Shown here: piece by piece, positions 24,382 to 33,900 of the stretch | How the letters are laid out: each line of letters begins with the position of its first letter | Position numbering within the stretch: the stretch's first letter is position 1 | Virus record (IMG/VR): IMGVR_UViG_3300043399_001190 | Strand: one strand, 5' to 3' | From: a virus | Taxonomy: Duplodnaviria > Heunggongvirae > Uroviricota > Caudoviricetes | Length of the DNA stretch: 51,337 nucleotides | The notes under the pieces: generated by a model | Told to the model about the DNA's origin: nothing | Database searches by the model: none | The model's input: the letters and a program-made list of their open reading frames with translations, nothing else | Translations under genes and position numbers: made by a program

Positions 24382-26148
24382 TTATCTTCCTAATACTGGA
24401 TTTACATCTGTTTGTGTTTCTGATCGTGGGCGCACAACCGTTTTGTTGTTGTTCTGATTATTGTTAATGACGATTGTTGCACCTTGACCTTGTGTCATTT
24501 GTTTTTTCACATCATTATTTTTTATAGACATATCCATTACTCGATTTGAAGTTGCTTCTCCAGAAGAGTGTGGTGTAAAACCTCCCTTTTTTATCAATCT
24601 ACTCTCAAGTATTTTTTCAAATTCGGAAACTTTTATCTTATATAATTCTTCATTTTTGCCAACCTTCAAACCAGAATTAATCATTGCCTGAGCCACAGTT
24701 ATGTCTTCATTTTTTTGTGTTGCTTTATATACAGCATTTGCTCCACCTGCACCAAGATAATGTGCCATATATTGAAATCCTGGTGTAGTGGGAATGCCAA
24801 GTCTTTTTAAGGTTGCAACATCTTTTGAATGCAATAATTCAAATAATTTATCTTGAGTTGCTTCATCAAACCTTGTAGTCATTGGTAAATTTAATTCTTG
24901 AACTAAACCTGGTAAAAAATTACCTTTTTTGTCAGTTCGACCAAACAAAGTCGTAGGCATAAACTGATATTTACCGACTGCTCCTGTTCCGGGAATCTCA
25001 GAATTTTTATAATTCTGAAATTGTTTTACCTCATCTAATGTTAAATCAGTTAAAGGTTTACCAAAAAAATCTTGTGGTGTTTTTAATGTTTGTGATGGAT
25101 CGCTTTTTGATTTGAGTGAATTGATGATTTTTCCAGACTTTGAAATTCTATCACCAAATGTAATATTGTAATTTCCACCAGATTCTGCCGCACCAATAGC
25201 TTTTGATATACCGGCAATGCCGGCAGCTAAAATACCAACTTTTGCGGCTGTTTTTGCTGCTCCCACAACAGCAGGTTTTACAACCGATGGTTTGGCTGCA
25301 ATGGGTGGTGCAGGAACTGCCGTAGGTGGTGGAGGTGGTGAAGATGGTGCAGGCTTAGCTGTAACTGGTGGAACATTAGGTGGTGCCGCCGGTGGAGGTG
25401 GTGCTTTTACTGGAGGTGCCGGCGTTGGTGAAGGTGGTGCAGCCGGAGGAGGTGCAGATGGTGCTGGCGCAGGTGGAGGTGGTGCCGGCGGAGGTGCAGC
25501 AGGTTTTTCTTCTTTTTTTACCTCTTTCTTCTTCACCTCAAACTGTCTCGATGCTCTTCTATTTTTCTTCGTAGCTTCAAGAAAAACATTCATTATTTCT
25601 TTGTGTCGAGACTCTTTAAGTTCCTCTTGCTGTCTCTCAAATGCTTCTTTATCGTTTTGATAAGTTATCTTACTGTCATCAATTCTTTTCATGAGGGATA
25701 AAAATTGTTCCATTGTTTCAGAAACATTTTTACCACCCATAAAGGATGATCTGCTTAAAGCTTTAGATATTGGTGCTTCGAATATTTTTTTGATGAGACT
25801 TGTTCGTTTTGCGGTTTCTTTTTTATCACCAGAAACCAGATTCCCGACATTTGATGCGGTGAATTTATCTTTGTATTCGTTACTTTTTTTGAAAACTGTT
25901 GCTTCTTTGAGAGTTTCTTTTTCAATTTTATTCTGAAACATGTTTTTCAGAATTTCAGTTTTTTCTTGTATCTGTACAAATTCTTTATAGCCAGGCATTG
26001 TGGCTAATTTCATCTGTCGTTGTTGTAGTATCAACGCAGATTCTTCAGCACTACGGGATTTCAATTCATCCAATTCTTTTTTAGATAAGTCTATGCCACC
26101 GTTAATCAGTTTTTCTGAATCGGTAAGCTGTTTCTTTTTGTCACTCAT
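24382..26148 (-). CDS. tape-measure-like protein with Pro-rich linker and lysozyme-like (lytic transglycosylase) domain
   Basis: AESGGNYN, AVGKYQFMPTTL, QDKL, YMAHYLGAGGA motifs; ~70-aa Pro/Ala tract. Confidence 0.7.
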   Translation of the reverse strand: MSDKKKQLTDSEKLINGGIDLSKKELDELKSRSAEESALILQQRQMKLATMPGYKEFVQIQEKTEILKNMFQNKIEKETLKEATVFKKSNEYKDKFTASNVGNLVSGDKKETAKRTSLIKKIFEAPISKALSRSSFMGGKNVSETMEQFLSLMKRIDDSKITYQNDKEAFERQQEELKESRHKEIMNVFLEATKKNRRASRQFEVKKKEVKKEEKPAAPPPAPPPPAPAPSAPPPAAPPSPTPAPPVKAPPPPAAPPNVPPVTAKPAPSSPPPPPTAVPAPPIAAKPSVVKPAVVGAAKTAAKVGILAAGIAGISKAIGAAESGGNYNITFGDRISKSGKIINSLKSKSDPSQTLKTPQDFFGKPLTDLTLDEVKQFQNYKNSEIPGTGAVGKYQFMPTTLFGRTDKKGNFLPGLVQELNLPMTTRFDEATQDKLFELLHSKDVATLKRLGIPTTPGFQYMAHYLGAGGANAVYKATQKNEDITVAQAMINSGLKVGKNEELYKIKVSEFEKILESRLIKKGGFTPHSSGEATSNRVMDMSIKNNDVKKQMTQGQGATIVINNNQNNNKTVVRPRSETQTDVNPVLGR

Positions 26149-26345
26149 CTAATTTTTCTCTCGTTTTGTAACTGTTTTAGTTTTCTGTTTTCTTCCTCAA
26201 TATACTGTATTAATAACGAAACATAGATATCACGTTCCCAAGGCATCATATTTTCAAGTTCTGTCAAACTATACTTGTGATGCTGCATCAATGAAAAATT
26301 TGTTTTATAATAATTTTTCAGATTTTCATGACCAAAAATTAACCG
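26145..26345 (-). CDS. 51: gp51-like baseplate hub assembly protein; probably reached by -1 frameshift from gp26 (first ATG at 26288)
   Basis: RLIFGHENLKNYYKTNFSLMQHHKYSLTELENMMPWERDIYVSLLIQYIEEEN...*; missing from the ORF track. Confidence 0.85.
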   Translation of the reverse strand, partial: RLIFGHENLKNYYKTNFSLMQHHKYSLTELENMMPWERDIYVSLLIQYIEEENRKLKQLQNERKIR

Positions 26346-27064
26346 AAAAAACTTTCTAGACCCTCAACATCTAGTTTGTGTTCAAAACCACAACGAGAAC
26401 ATTTCATTTCAATTTTCTTTTGCAATTTTGGTAAGTTGGCAAAAAAATCTTCAACTTTAGAAAACTGTTTTTGATTTAATGATTCAACAAATTCAATCAA
26501 TTCTTCATGTGGCGTTTCATGTGAATAGTAAAACTGTTCACCGTCATAGATGTATTCTATAGAATCGGCAATCATTTCAAAAGTTATATCAGCAACATCG
26601 GTAAGCTTCGACAGTTTACTGAGAATTGAAAACTCTGGATATTTTAATTTAATTGAAATTTTATCAGTTATTTCAATCACATCATTTTTTTCTTTCACAC
26701 CATCGACTTTGATATCAAGCAAATTCAATGATGTTTCCATGATATTTCCACACGATTTACCCTCTACGATGTTATCGCAGCGATATTTATTTTCGACAAC
26801 CTCACCCACAGACCTTGCACGAAGTTGTAAAAAATAATATTCAACATCAGTAACGGGTAATTTTTCAATGTCAACTTTTGTTGTCAATGTGCAATTTTGT
26901 AACACCTGTTTAATATTATTTTCTATTGATTCTCGATCATTAGATTCCATTGCCATTAACAAGTTTTTTTGTTCTTTGACAAGGAAAGGTCTAAATCTAA
27001 TTTTTTTCTTAGACAGTGGTAGTGTCAAATCATAGATTGGTGTATCTATTTTTGGTAAAGCCAT
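26339..27064 (-). CDS. 26: baseplate hub assembly protein gp26
   Basis: MALPKIDTPIY, FRPFLVKEQK.LL, LRARSVGE, C-terminal CxxC and GLESFF. Confidence 0.92.
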   Translation of the reverse strand: MALPKIDTPIYDLTLPLSKKKIRFRPFLVKEQKNLLMAMESNDRESIENNIKQVLQNCTLTTKVDIEKLPVTDVEYYFLQLRARSVGEVVENKYRCDNIVEGKSCGNIMETSLNLLDIKVDGVKEKNDVIEITDKISIKLKYPEFSILSKLSKLTDVADITFEMIADSIEYIYDGEQFYYSHETPHEELIEFVESLNQKQFSKVEDFFANLPKLQKKIEMKCSRCGFEHKLDVEGLESFFG

Positions 27065-27083
27065 AATTAAACTCCATAAATTA

Positions 27084-27797
27084 TTACGATGGTTCTCCTG
27101 TACCCGAAGATACTATATCTTTTCCTAGTTTCGAGGCAGTCAGACCTCTGAAACCATTTGCAACTGTTTGTAATCCTATTCCAATTCCGGCTGTAGCTGC
27201 ATTTCCACCCAAGCCACCCATTCTATCAATAACTTCTCCGATACCGGCCTCAAGCAATTGCATACCAAGAGCTTCGACAGAATTATTTTTCCAAGTTGTA
27301 AATGCAAATGTCACAGCCAATTTATGATGACCGTCTGAAGACCAATCCAAGTCTAGTGCATTAATAGCAATAGGATATGCATCAATCAGATCAACAGAAT
27401 ATGAAATCTCATTTTTTAAATTGTACTGATTGATTCTGAGCGGCACGGCGTAGTCACCTTTATATTTAAAATTGTGTGTGAGTGATGGATTAATCCATTC
27501 TAGCCATGCATCAAAAAAGATTTTTTCTCTCATATCATCACCAACAATGAAAGTCAAATTAATATCATTGTAGATAGATTGATATGGATATTTTTCTTCA
27601 GGACCATAAACTTTCATAGTTGTTGTTGCGATTGATCTACCTGGTAGTTCGGTATTCTCGCAACGAAAACTTAAACGTCTTGAAGTTCCAATATAAGGAA
27701 TTAGACCAATAGGTATAGGCACCTGTACATCGAATCTACTTGGTCTAGCCAAGTCAGAAGTGAAACTCGATTTGAAATCGTTTATTGAACCTGCCAT
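27084..27797 (-). CDS. tail tube initiator gp54 / gp19-like tube protein
   Basis: LARPSRFDV, CENTELPG, FFDAWLEWI, YPIAI..LDLDWS. Confidence 0.8.
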   Translation of the reverse strand: MAGSINDFKSSFTSDLARPSRFDVQVPIPIGLIPYIGTSRRLSFRCENTELPGRSIATTTMKVYGPEEKYPYQSIYNDINLTFIVGDDMREKIFFDAWLEWINPSLTHNFKYKGDYAVPLRINQYNLKNEISYSVDLIDAYPIAINALDLDWSSDGHHKLAVTFAFTTWKNNSVEALGMQLLEAGIGEVIDRMGGLGGNAATAGIGIGLQTVANGFRGLTASKLGKDIVSSGTGEPS

Positions 27798-27800
27798 TTT

Positions 27801-28394
27801 TTATCCAGCTTTTATTTTTGAAATTGATTCTCTGTAAATTTTTTCACTAGATGCACCATTAAAAATCGCAGTTGGAAGAAACAGAGCAACTTCCCATTCA
27901 TTAGGTTGAATCGGTATAATTCTTGATCTTATTTGTGAATCCAAATATCTCTTGATACATGGCTTAAAATCACGTAAAGATTGTACAGTTTTTAAAATCT
28001 CATAAGTGACTCTAACTCTTTCTGGCTCATTGTTTGAATTCATTACCATTAATGGCATTAATCTGTCTAAAAAATTTGCTCTGTAATTCACGGGTAAATA
28101 ATGCAAATTTAAGCCAAGAAAACCATCATTATTTCTATTCAATGGTATCACCAAAGGAAAAGAATCATAATAAGGTAGTTTGTTTTTTGTCAGTGGATTA
28201 TAATAAAAATGGTATAAACCACCAAGTTGAAATGAACCATTTCTACCTTTTTCCGTGACTATTTCTCTAGCCAATCTAGTAGGAGATTTTAAGCCCTCCA
28301 TTTTACTTTTTAACCATGTGACAGATTCTCTGGACAAAAATTCTTTGTCCAGAGCCGTTTTTTGTGCTGCCAATTGAGTAAGTGTAGAAGTCAT
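27801..28394 (-). CDS. 2: DNA end protector gp2
   Basis: YNPLTKNKLPYYDSFPLV, GFLGLNLHYLP, PCIKRYL, WEVALFLPTA. Confidence 0.92.
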   Translation of the reverse strand: MTSTLTQLAAQKTALDKEFLSRESVTWLKSKMEGLKSPTRLAREIVTEKGRNGSFQLGGLYHFYYNPLTKNKLPYYDSFPLVIPLNRNNDGFLGLNLHYLPVNYRANFLDRLMPLMVMNSNNEPERVRVTYEILKTVQSLRDFKPCIKRYLDSQIRSRIIPIQPNEWEVALFLPTAIFNGASSEKIYRESISKIKAG

Positions 28395-28406
28395 GCCATA
28401 TTTAGG

Positions 28407-30179
28407 CTAGAATCGGTATGCGATTAAATCGTATCCATCTATGAAAGTTTTGTAACCTTTATTGTCGAGAACCCAACGCATCCATACAGATTTATTGTAT
28501 GTTATGTGTGCAATTTCAATTTTGTATATGTCTGCTGTTAAACCATTTTCATGTAGTTGCAGAAATATATTGTAATCGAAACCCTCTGTATCAACCTGAA
28601 TAAAATTAATATCTTTATCCGAGATACCATATTTTTGATAAAGCGATTTAATTGTCAGACCACTAACGGTTTCGGTAACCATATGTTCACGTAAATCCTG
28701 TATGTGGTTTTCTGGCACTAAAGTTGAACAACCTTCAGCCCATTCTCGCACATCGGTACCTATTTTATGCGTGGGAATCCTATGCATTTCAATTGGTCCG
28801 TCTTTGTCGGTTATTGCGGAACACTCAAAAGTTAGCCTAGGATTGTCCTTGTAGTTCTCGGTCAGTCTTTTGAACATATCAGGAAGAGGTTCAACCAGAT
28901 ATCCAGACCATTCATTATTGTTGACATAATCATACAGCTCATCATGCTTGACACCATCCATTGCACCTATTTGCAAGAATGTTACTTTACCGTTTTTTAT
29001 ACGGTTGTATTGATTTAATATCTGTTTGAACGTTTTCTTATTTTCTGGATATTCTTTCGTTAGCCATTCAAGCTCTGTTCTAGAATTATTTGGTGCATAC
29101 CAGCCAGAACCATCTGATACATTTATCAGAGATTGAAAGTATTCGGTATACATTTTACCGACTTTTTCCATATTATAATTTTTTTCTGCCCAATCTCTAC
29201 ATGCTTTGGGTGAAATGGTATCAATATTTTTTGCTGCCCAAACGAACTGTTCGAAAGTCCGGCAACGAAAACCAGTAATTCCGTGTTGCACAGTTTCAGT
29301 GAATGCACCCCAGTCCGTTGAAATGACTGGTGTGCCAGATAACATTGCTTCAATTGCAACATAACCGAATGGTTCATTGTAGATTGTTGGGCAGAATAGC
29401 CCTTTAGCTCCAGCCATCAGTTTCTTACGTTTTTCAACATCAGCATAACCAACATATTCAACGTGTTTTGGCCATTCGTGACCAACGTGGCAATCATGTG
29501 GCCCGTAAGTTGTTCCAGCCAGTACCAATTTTACACCAAGTTTTTCGCACACTTGTGCTGCAATATTGACACCCTTTGACCATACAAGTCTACCTACCAT
29601 TAAAAAATAATCTTGCTTTTCTTCTGTGTACTGAAACTCAGAAAGATCAAAGCCAGATGGGATTGCAACATCATAAAACTTGTATTCTGCATTCGATATC
29701 TTCTCTGGTCCCTGTAACCCGTGCATGACAGCGTAAGATTCATATACTTTGAAAGGTGCGTATGCGGAGCTATAACCAATGCTGGGTTCACAGATAATTA
29801 AATCAGGAAACGCATCTGTGATAGCTTTGTGCCCATATCCAAAAAACGATAGAACAATATCATGTGGTTGTTTTCTTTTATTGATTTCACGTATTGAATT
29901 TTCCGTGAAAGTTTTGTACATTTCATCACTGAGGTCGAAAATCAAACCTTTTTCTTTCCAGTTATTGTGACCATAGACCTTTTCCCAAAGTTCTATAGAA
30001 GAAACTGGCACGTGTTCATCACAAATTACCTGTGAATCTTCTCGCCCATAATGAATAACATACATACCCTGTTCTTTGTACATTTTACAAAAATTGATGA
30101 CTTTTTGAGTAAAAGCACAAACTGTAAATTCTTTTCGTGAAGATGTGTGTGGTATTCCTAATACATGTAATCTAATCAT
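28407..30179 (-). CDS. GT4 glycosyltransferase fused to an FkbM-family methyltransferase
   Basis: GRLVWSKG, EPFGYVAIEAMLSGTPVI; C-terminal QIGAMDG, LVEP, IQVDTEGFD. Confidence 0.9.
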   Translation of the reverse strand: MIRLHVLGIPHTSSRKEFTVCAFTQKVINFCKMYKEQGMYVIHYGREDSQVICDEHVPVSSIELWEKVYGHNNWKEKGLIFDLSDEMYKTFTENSIREINKRKQPHDIVLSFFGYGHKAITDAFPDLIICEPSIGYSSAYAPFKVYESYAVMHGLQGPEKISNAEYKFYDVAIPSGFDLSEFQYTEEKQDYFLMVGRLVWSKGVNIAAQVCEKLGVKLVLAGTTYGPHDCHVGHEWPKHVEYVGYADVEKRKKLMAGAKGLFCPTIYNEPFGYVAIEAMLSGTPVISTDWGAFTETVQHGITGFRCRTFEQFVWAAKNIDTISPKACRDWAEKNYNMEKVGKMYTEYFQSLINVSDGSGWYAPNNSRTELEWLTKEYPENKKTFKQILNQYNRIKNGKVTFLQIGAMDGVKHDELYDYVNNNEWSGYLVEPLPDMFKRLTENYKDNPRLTFECSAITDKDGPIEMHRIPTHKIGTDVREWAEGCSTLVPENHIQDLREHMVTETVSGLTIKSLYQKYGISDKDINFIQVDTEGFDYNIFLQLHENGLTADIYKIEIAHITYNKSVWMRWVLDNKGYKTFIDGYDLIAYRF

Positions 30180-30613
30180 TTAATTCCCAAATCATGTTCT
30201 GTTAATACTTTAAATTGCCAACCTCGGTCTAGACAGAACTCAGTTGCCGCTTTCCATTTCGCTTCATTGATACCCCAAGTTACAACTTCTTGGATGTATT
30301 GTTTTGTCACTCTTTTCTTTTTTTCTGGAGGTTTTGTCTGTTTCGCAGGTTTTATCTCCAAAATCATTGCCTTGATTGTATCATCTTTTTGTCTAACTTT
30401 CACGAAAAAATCAGGAAAATATCTGTGCCAGCGGTTATCTACCGGAGATTTGTAAGGTATGATGATTTCTTCGGAACTCCATTGGATGATGTTTTCATTA
30501 TTATCTAGCCAGTTCATAACTCTACATTCCCAGGTCGAACGGTAGATTATATTCGTGTAGTCCCCACGATATTTTTGTGGGTTTTTTGGAGTAAATTTTC
30601 CGGAATATGACAT
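30176..30613 (-). CDS. 4: head completion nuclease gp4 (TnsA-like)
   Basis: PKNPQKYRGD, YRSTWE, WSSEE, HRYFPDF, EIKP, NEAKWKAA. Confidence 0.93.
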   Translation of the reverse strand: MSYSGKFTPKNPQKYRGDYTNIIYRSTWECRVMNWLDNNENIIQWSSEEIIIPYKSPVDNRWHRYFPDFFVKVRQKDDTIKAMILEIKPAKQTKPPEKKKRVTKQYIQEVVTWGINEAKWKAATEFCLDRGWQFKVLTEHDLGIK

Positions 30614-30620
30614 ATAAATA
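30613..30620 (+). promoter_or_regulatory. T4 late promoter
   Basis: Perfect TATAAATA upstream of the baseplate operon. Confidence 0.75.
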
Positions 30621-30650
30621 TGTATATTAACTTTCTATAAAAATAATAAA

Positions 30651-31784
30651 ATGGCCACTAAATTGTCAATACCAACTTCGATAGCAGGAATTTCGATTCC
30701 TGGTGCAATCACGGGTCCATTATCAAAATTATATAACAATCCATACAAGACGTTTGCTTATACTTATCCAAGAAATTTGGGCAGTGACCCAACAAGAAAA
30801 CATGTGATAGAGTTTGTGACAAGAGTACCGGATCCCACTTATTCACAAACGGCAAAAGCCTTAAATGGTTCATTGGATGTGGCGCAAAAAGCTATAGAAA
30901 CACCAGGCTTTCGAAACAAAGTTTCTGTTTTAGGACAACAGTTTACCAAGGTTGCTAAGAATACAATAGATACCGCAGTAGATATTGGTGAAAAAGTATC
31001 CAATTTTGAGGGGAGAGCAGCGGCGAATGCAGTAGCAGATGCCACTTTCCCCACATTAACCAACGCCTTCCAAGCTTTAAGTGCCTCTGATGTTGTTAGA
31101 AAAGATGGCAATACGATTAGACTGTATGTTCCAGATACTGTGAATGTTTCCTACAGTGCAGCTTATGATGATTTAAGTTTAGCTGGTGTTTTAGGCAAAC
31201 CATACTTCCTTGCTCAAGCTGGCGTTTCAATGTTTGACAAGTATAGAAACTCTTCTGGTGGTTTTGATATCAATAAAATGGTCAATGCGATTGGTGATGA
31301 TCCATACGTAAGACAACTGATTGGAGAAGCCGCTGGTGGTCCGGATGCTGCACGATTATTGACAGCAGGTGTTGGCCAGGCTTTAAATCCACAACTACAG
31401 GTTATCTTTAGTGGTGTTGGGTTTAGAACATTTCAATTTGATTTCACATTAACACCCTATTCTGCGGAAGAAGCTCAAACTATAAAGAACATAGTTTTTG
31501 CTTTCAAACTGGCCGCAGCTCCACAAGTACAAGAGACTTCTATTTTTGGTAAAGGCCTTTTTTATAAAGTACCTGATCGTTTCAAAATAAGATTCCTGTA
31601 CGATGGGCAAGAAAATAGAAATGTACACAAAATAGCAGAATGTGTTTTGGAAAATATAAATGTTGATTATGCACCAATAGGTTGGGCAACATTTGGTGAT
31701 GGCAATCCAGTACAAACAAAACTGACTTTACAATTTAAAGAAATTGAAATTATCGATAAAACAAGAATTGTGGATGGTTACTAA
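30651..31784 (+). CDS. 48: baseplate tail tube cap gp48
   Basis: YPRNL, LYVPD, NPQLQVIFSGVGFRTFQFDF, PVQTKLTLQFKEIE. Confidence 0.88.
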   Translation: MATKLSIPTSIAGISIPGAITGPLSKLYNNPYKTFAYTYPRNLGSDPTRKHVIEFVTRVPDPTYSQTAKALNGSLDVAQKAIETPGFRNKVSVLGQQFTKVAKNTIDTAVDIGEKVSNFEGRAAANAVADATFPTLTNAFQALSASDVVRKDGNTIRLYVPDTVNVSYSAAYDDLSLAGVLGKPYFLAQAGVSMFDKYRNSSGGFDINKMVNAIGDDPYVRQLIGEAAGGPDAARLLTAGVGQALNPQLQVIFSGVGFRTFQFDFTLTPYSAEEAQTIKNIVFAFKLAAAPQVQETSIFGKGLFYKVPDRFKIRFLYDGQENRNVHKIAECVLENINVDYAPIGWATFGDGNPVQTKLTLQFKEIEIIDKTRIVDGY

Positions 31785-32431
31785 TGTTATACTTCGATAC
31801 ATTACCAAAACTTTTAACAACTGATGAATTGGGTTATCCAATTCTCTTGACAAATATTCTTACCAGAGCAAAACTGGTAGAAGAATTGCAAAACAACCCA
31901 ATGTTATTTTATGAATACGCTATACAAGATGGTGATACACCAGAAATAATTGCTTTCAAATATTATGGCGATCCATACAAATATTGGATTATTTTATATT
32001 CAAATCAAATATTAGATCCAATTTGGGAATGGCCTATTTTGGATGAACAACAATTCTTAAATTATTTGGATAACAAGTATGCTAGTGATGCTCAAGCTGC
32101 TGGAAAAACACCATTTGAGTATGTTAACACTACCGTATATTCATATTATAAAGTTATAACGACAACAAATTTAAATACAGATCAAATTGATATCAAGAAA
32201 ATAACGGTTGATCTTGCAACTTACAATTCAATTACGCCTTCCGTAAATACTTATGATATAAAAGATCAATTTAATTCTGTCTATAACGCCAAAATTGAAA
32301 TAGGAAAATCCATTTCCTATATCATAGATTATGAAAGAGAACAAAATGAAAAAAGAAGAACGATCAAAATCTTGAATGAAAGTTATTCTTATAGAATGGA
32401 AGAACAACTTAAATATGTGATGGAAAGATAA
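31784..32431 (+). CDS. 53: baseplate wedge protein gp53
   Basis: YFDTLP, LysM-like DGDTPEIIAFKYYGDP..YWIIL..N, YERE.NEKRRTIKIL. Confidence 0.92.
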   Translation: MLYFDTLPKLLTTDELGYPILLTNILTRAKLVEELQNNPMLFYEYAIQDGDTPEIIAFKYYGDPYKYWIILYSNQILDPIWEWPILDEQQFLNYLDNKYASDAQAAGKTPFEYVNTTVYSYYKVITTTNLNTDQIDIKKITVDLATYNSITPSVNTYDIKDQFNSVYNAKIEIGKSISYIIDYEREQNEKRRTIKILNESYSYRMEEQLKYVMER

Positions 32432-32433
32432 TA

Positions 32434-33897
32434 ATGGAAGAACTTAAAGAAGTTGTAGTAATAGGACAAAAAATACAAAGTGATGATGTTTTACAATCAT
32501 TGGGTGTTTCTTCTATTGTAAATCCGGATGATTATTTTTTACAAAAAGTTGAAATACTAACATCAATAGGTCCAGTAAACATCAAAGGTGTGATGGTTGA
32601 ACTTTCATATTATGAAGATATATTCAAAGGCACTGTAACCGGTAGCGTGTTAATACATGATGCAATCAGTTTAATAGATAGACTCGCTTTAAATGGTACA
32701 GAAATACTTACACTATCATATAAAAAGTCTTCACAAGCTAATATTGAATTTAATAGAACGTTTAGAATTTTTAGAGTTGGTGAGAGAATTTTAAATAATA
32801 ATGCACAAGAAGTTTATGCGTTACATTTTTGTTCTGAAGAATTATTTTTGTCTGAACAAATTAAAATCAGTAAAGCTTATAGTGGTAAAAAAATTAATGA
32901 GATTATCACAGATATACTCGAAAATGAAATGAAAGCTAAGAGGGAATTGATAATCGAACCCACATTAAATGTTTATGATTTCATAATTCCATACAAAAAA
33001 CCTTATGAAGCAATAAACTGGCTGGCAAATTATGCACAACCAACAAGAAGTTCTGGAGCAGATTTTGTTTTTTTCGAAAACGTTGATGGTTTAAATTTTC
33101 GTTCACTTCAATCGTTATATTCTCAAACTCCGTACAGAACTTTTACATATAATTTACGTACCGCAGGTAAAAGAGAAGGTTCTGGTGAAGTTGGTAATTC
33201 ATTAGTTGGTATTAAATCATATAACTTTTTAGATACTTTTGATACTTTATATGCAACAAATTTGGGTGCATTCTCAAATAAAACAATAAGTATTGATCCA
33301 TTAACAAGAAAATATTACACCAGTGTTTTCAACTATTATCAATATTTGGAAGACGCTAAGACATTGAATGGTCATGCTGTAATTTCCCAAAACAAAAATG
33401 CTTTAGGCAAAGCTGCATTCGAAAATGAAGACGCTGTTTTGAAAGTTTTGACAACCAATAAGAGTCAGAAAAAAGCTAAAGGTATCGCCGACAAAAACTT
33501 ACAATTCTCCGTTGCAAACGATGTAGGTATTGAAACATATGTTCCTTATAGAACCGCACAGTTAGCTTTGAGTCATTATTCAAGAATTAAAATAGCAGTT
33601 TCTGGTGACCCATTATTGTCAGTGGGACAAACTTTAAATATTATTTTGCCGTCTATGAGAAGTTCAGATAATACTGGATACCAAGAAGGTAAAAAAGACG
33701 AGTATCATTCAGGTAAATACATTGTGACGGCTGTTAGACACATCATTGATGTTAATTTGAAATATGAAACCATTTTGGAAATAGCAAAAGATACATTGGG
33801 TGCGCCATTACCATTTAGCGAAAAAAGCACAGCCGAAATACTAAATCCTAATTCCGATCCATCTGAACCAGTTTCTGGTGGTATTTTGAGGAAATAA
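32434..33897 (+). CDS. baseplate hub protein (gp27-like)
   Basis: YYEDIF...GSVLI.D, FVFFEN..GLNFRSL, SGKYIVTAVRH; position between 53 and 5. Confidence 0.75.
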   Translation: MEELKEVVVIGQKIQSDDVLQSLGVSSIVNPDDYFLQKVEILTSIGPVNIKGVMVELSYYEDIFKGTVTGSVLIHDAISLIDRLALNGTEILTLSYKKSSQANIEFNRTFRIFRVGERILNNNAQEVYALHFCSEELFLSEQIKISKAYSGKKINEIITDILENEMKAKRELIIEPTLNVYDFIIPYKKPYEAINWLANYAQPTRSSGADFVFFENVDGLNFRSLQSLYSQTPYRTFTYNLRTAGKREGSGEVGNSLVGIKSYNFLDTFDTLYATNLGAFSNKTISIDPLTRKYYTSVFNYYQYLEDAKTLNGHAVISQNKNALGKAAFENEDAVLKVLTTNKSQKKAKGIADKNLQFSVANDVGIETYVPYRTAQLALSHYSRIKIAVSGDPLLSVGQTLNIILPSMRSSDNTGYQEGKKDEYHSGKYIVTAVRHIIDVNLKYETILEIAKDTLGAPLPFSEKSTAEILNPNSDPSEPVSGGILRK

Positions 33898-33900
33898 ACA

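Noticed and set aside
25217-25660. Gly-rich plus-strand ORF
   Set aside because: Antisense shadow of the Pro-rich tract.
30176-30613. Tn7 TnsA transposase
   Set aside because: Same fold, but sequence and synteny identify T4 gp4 head completion protein.
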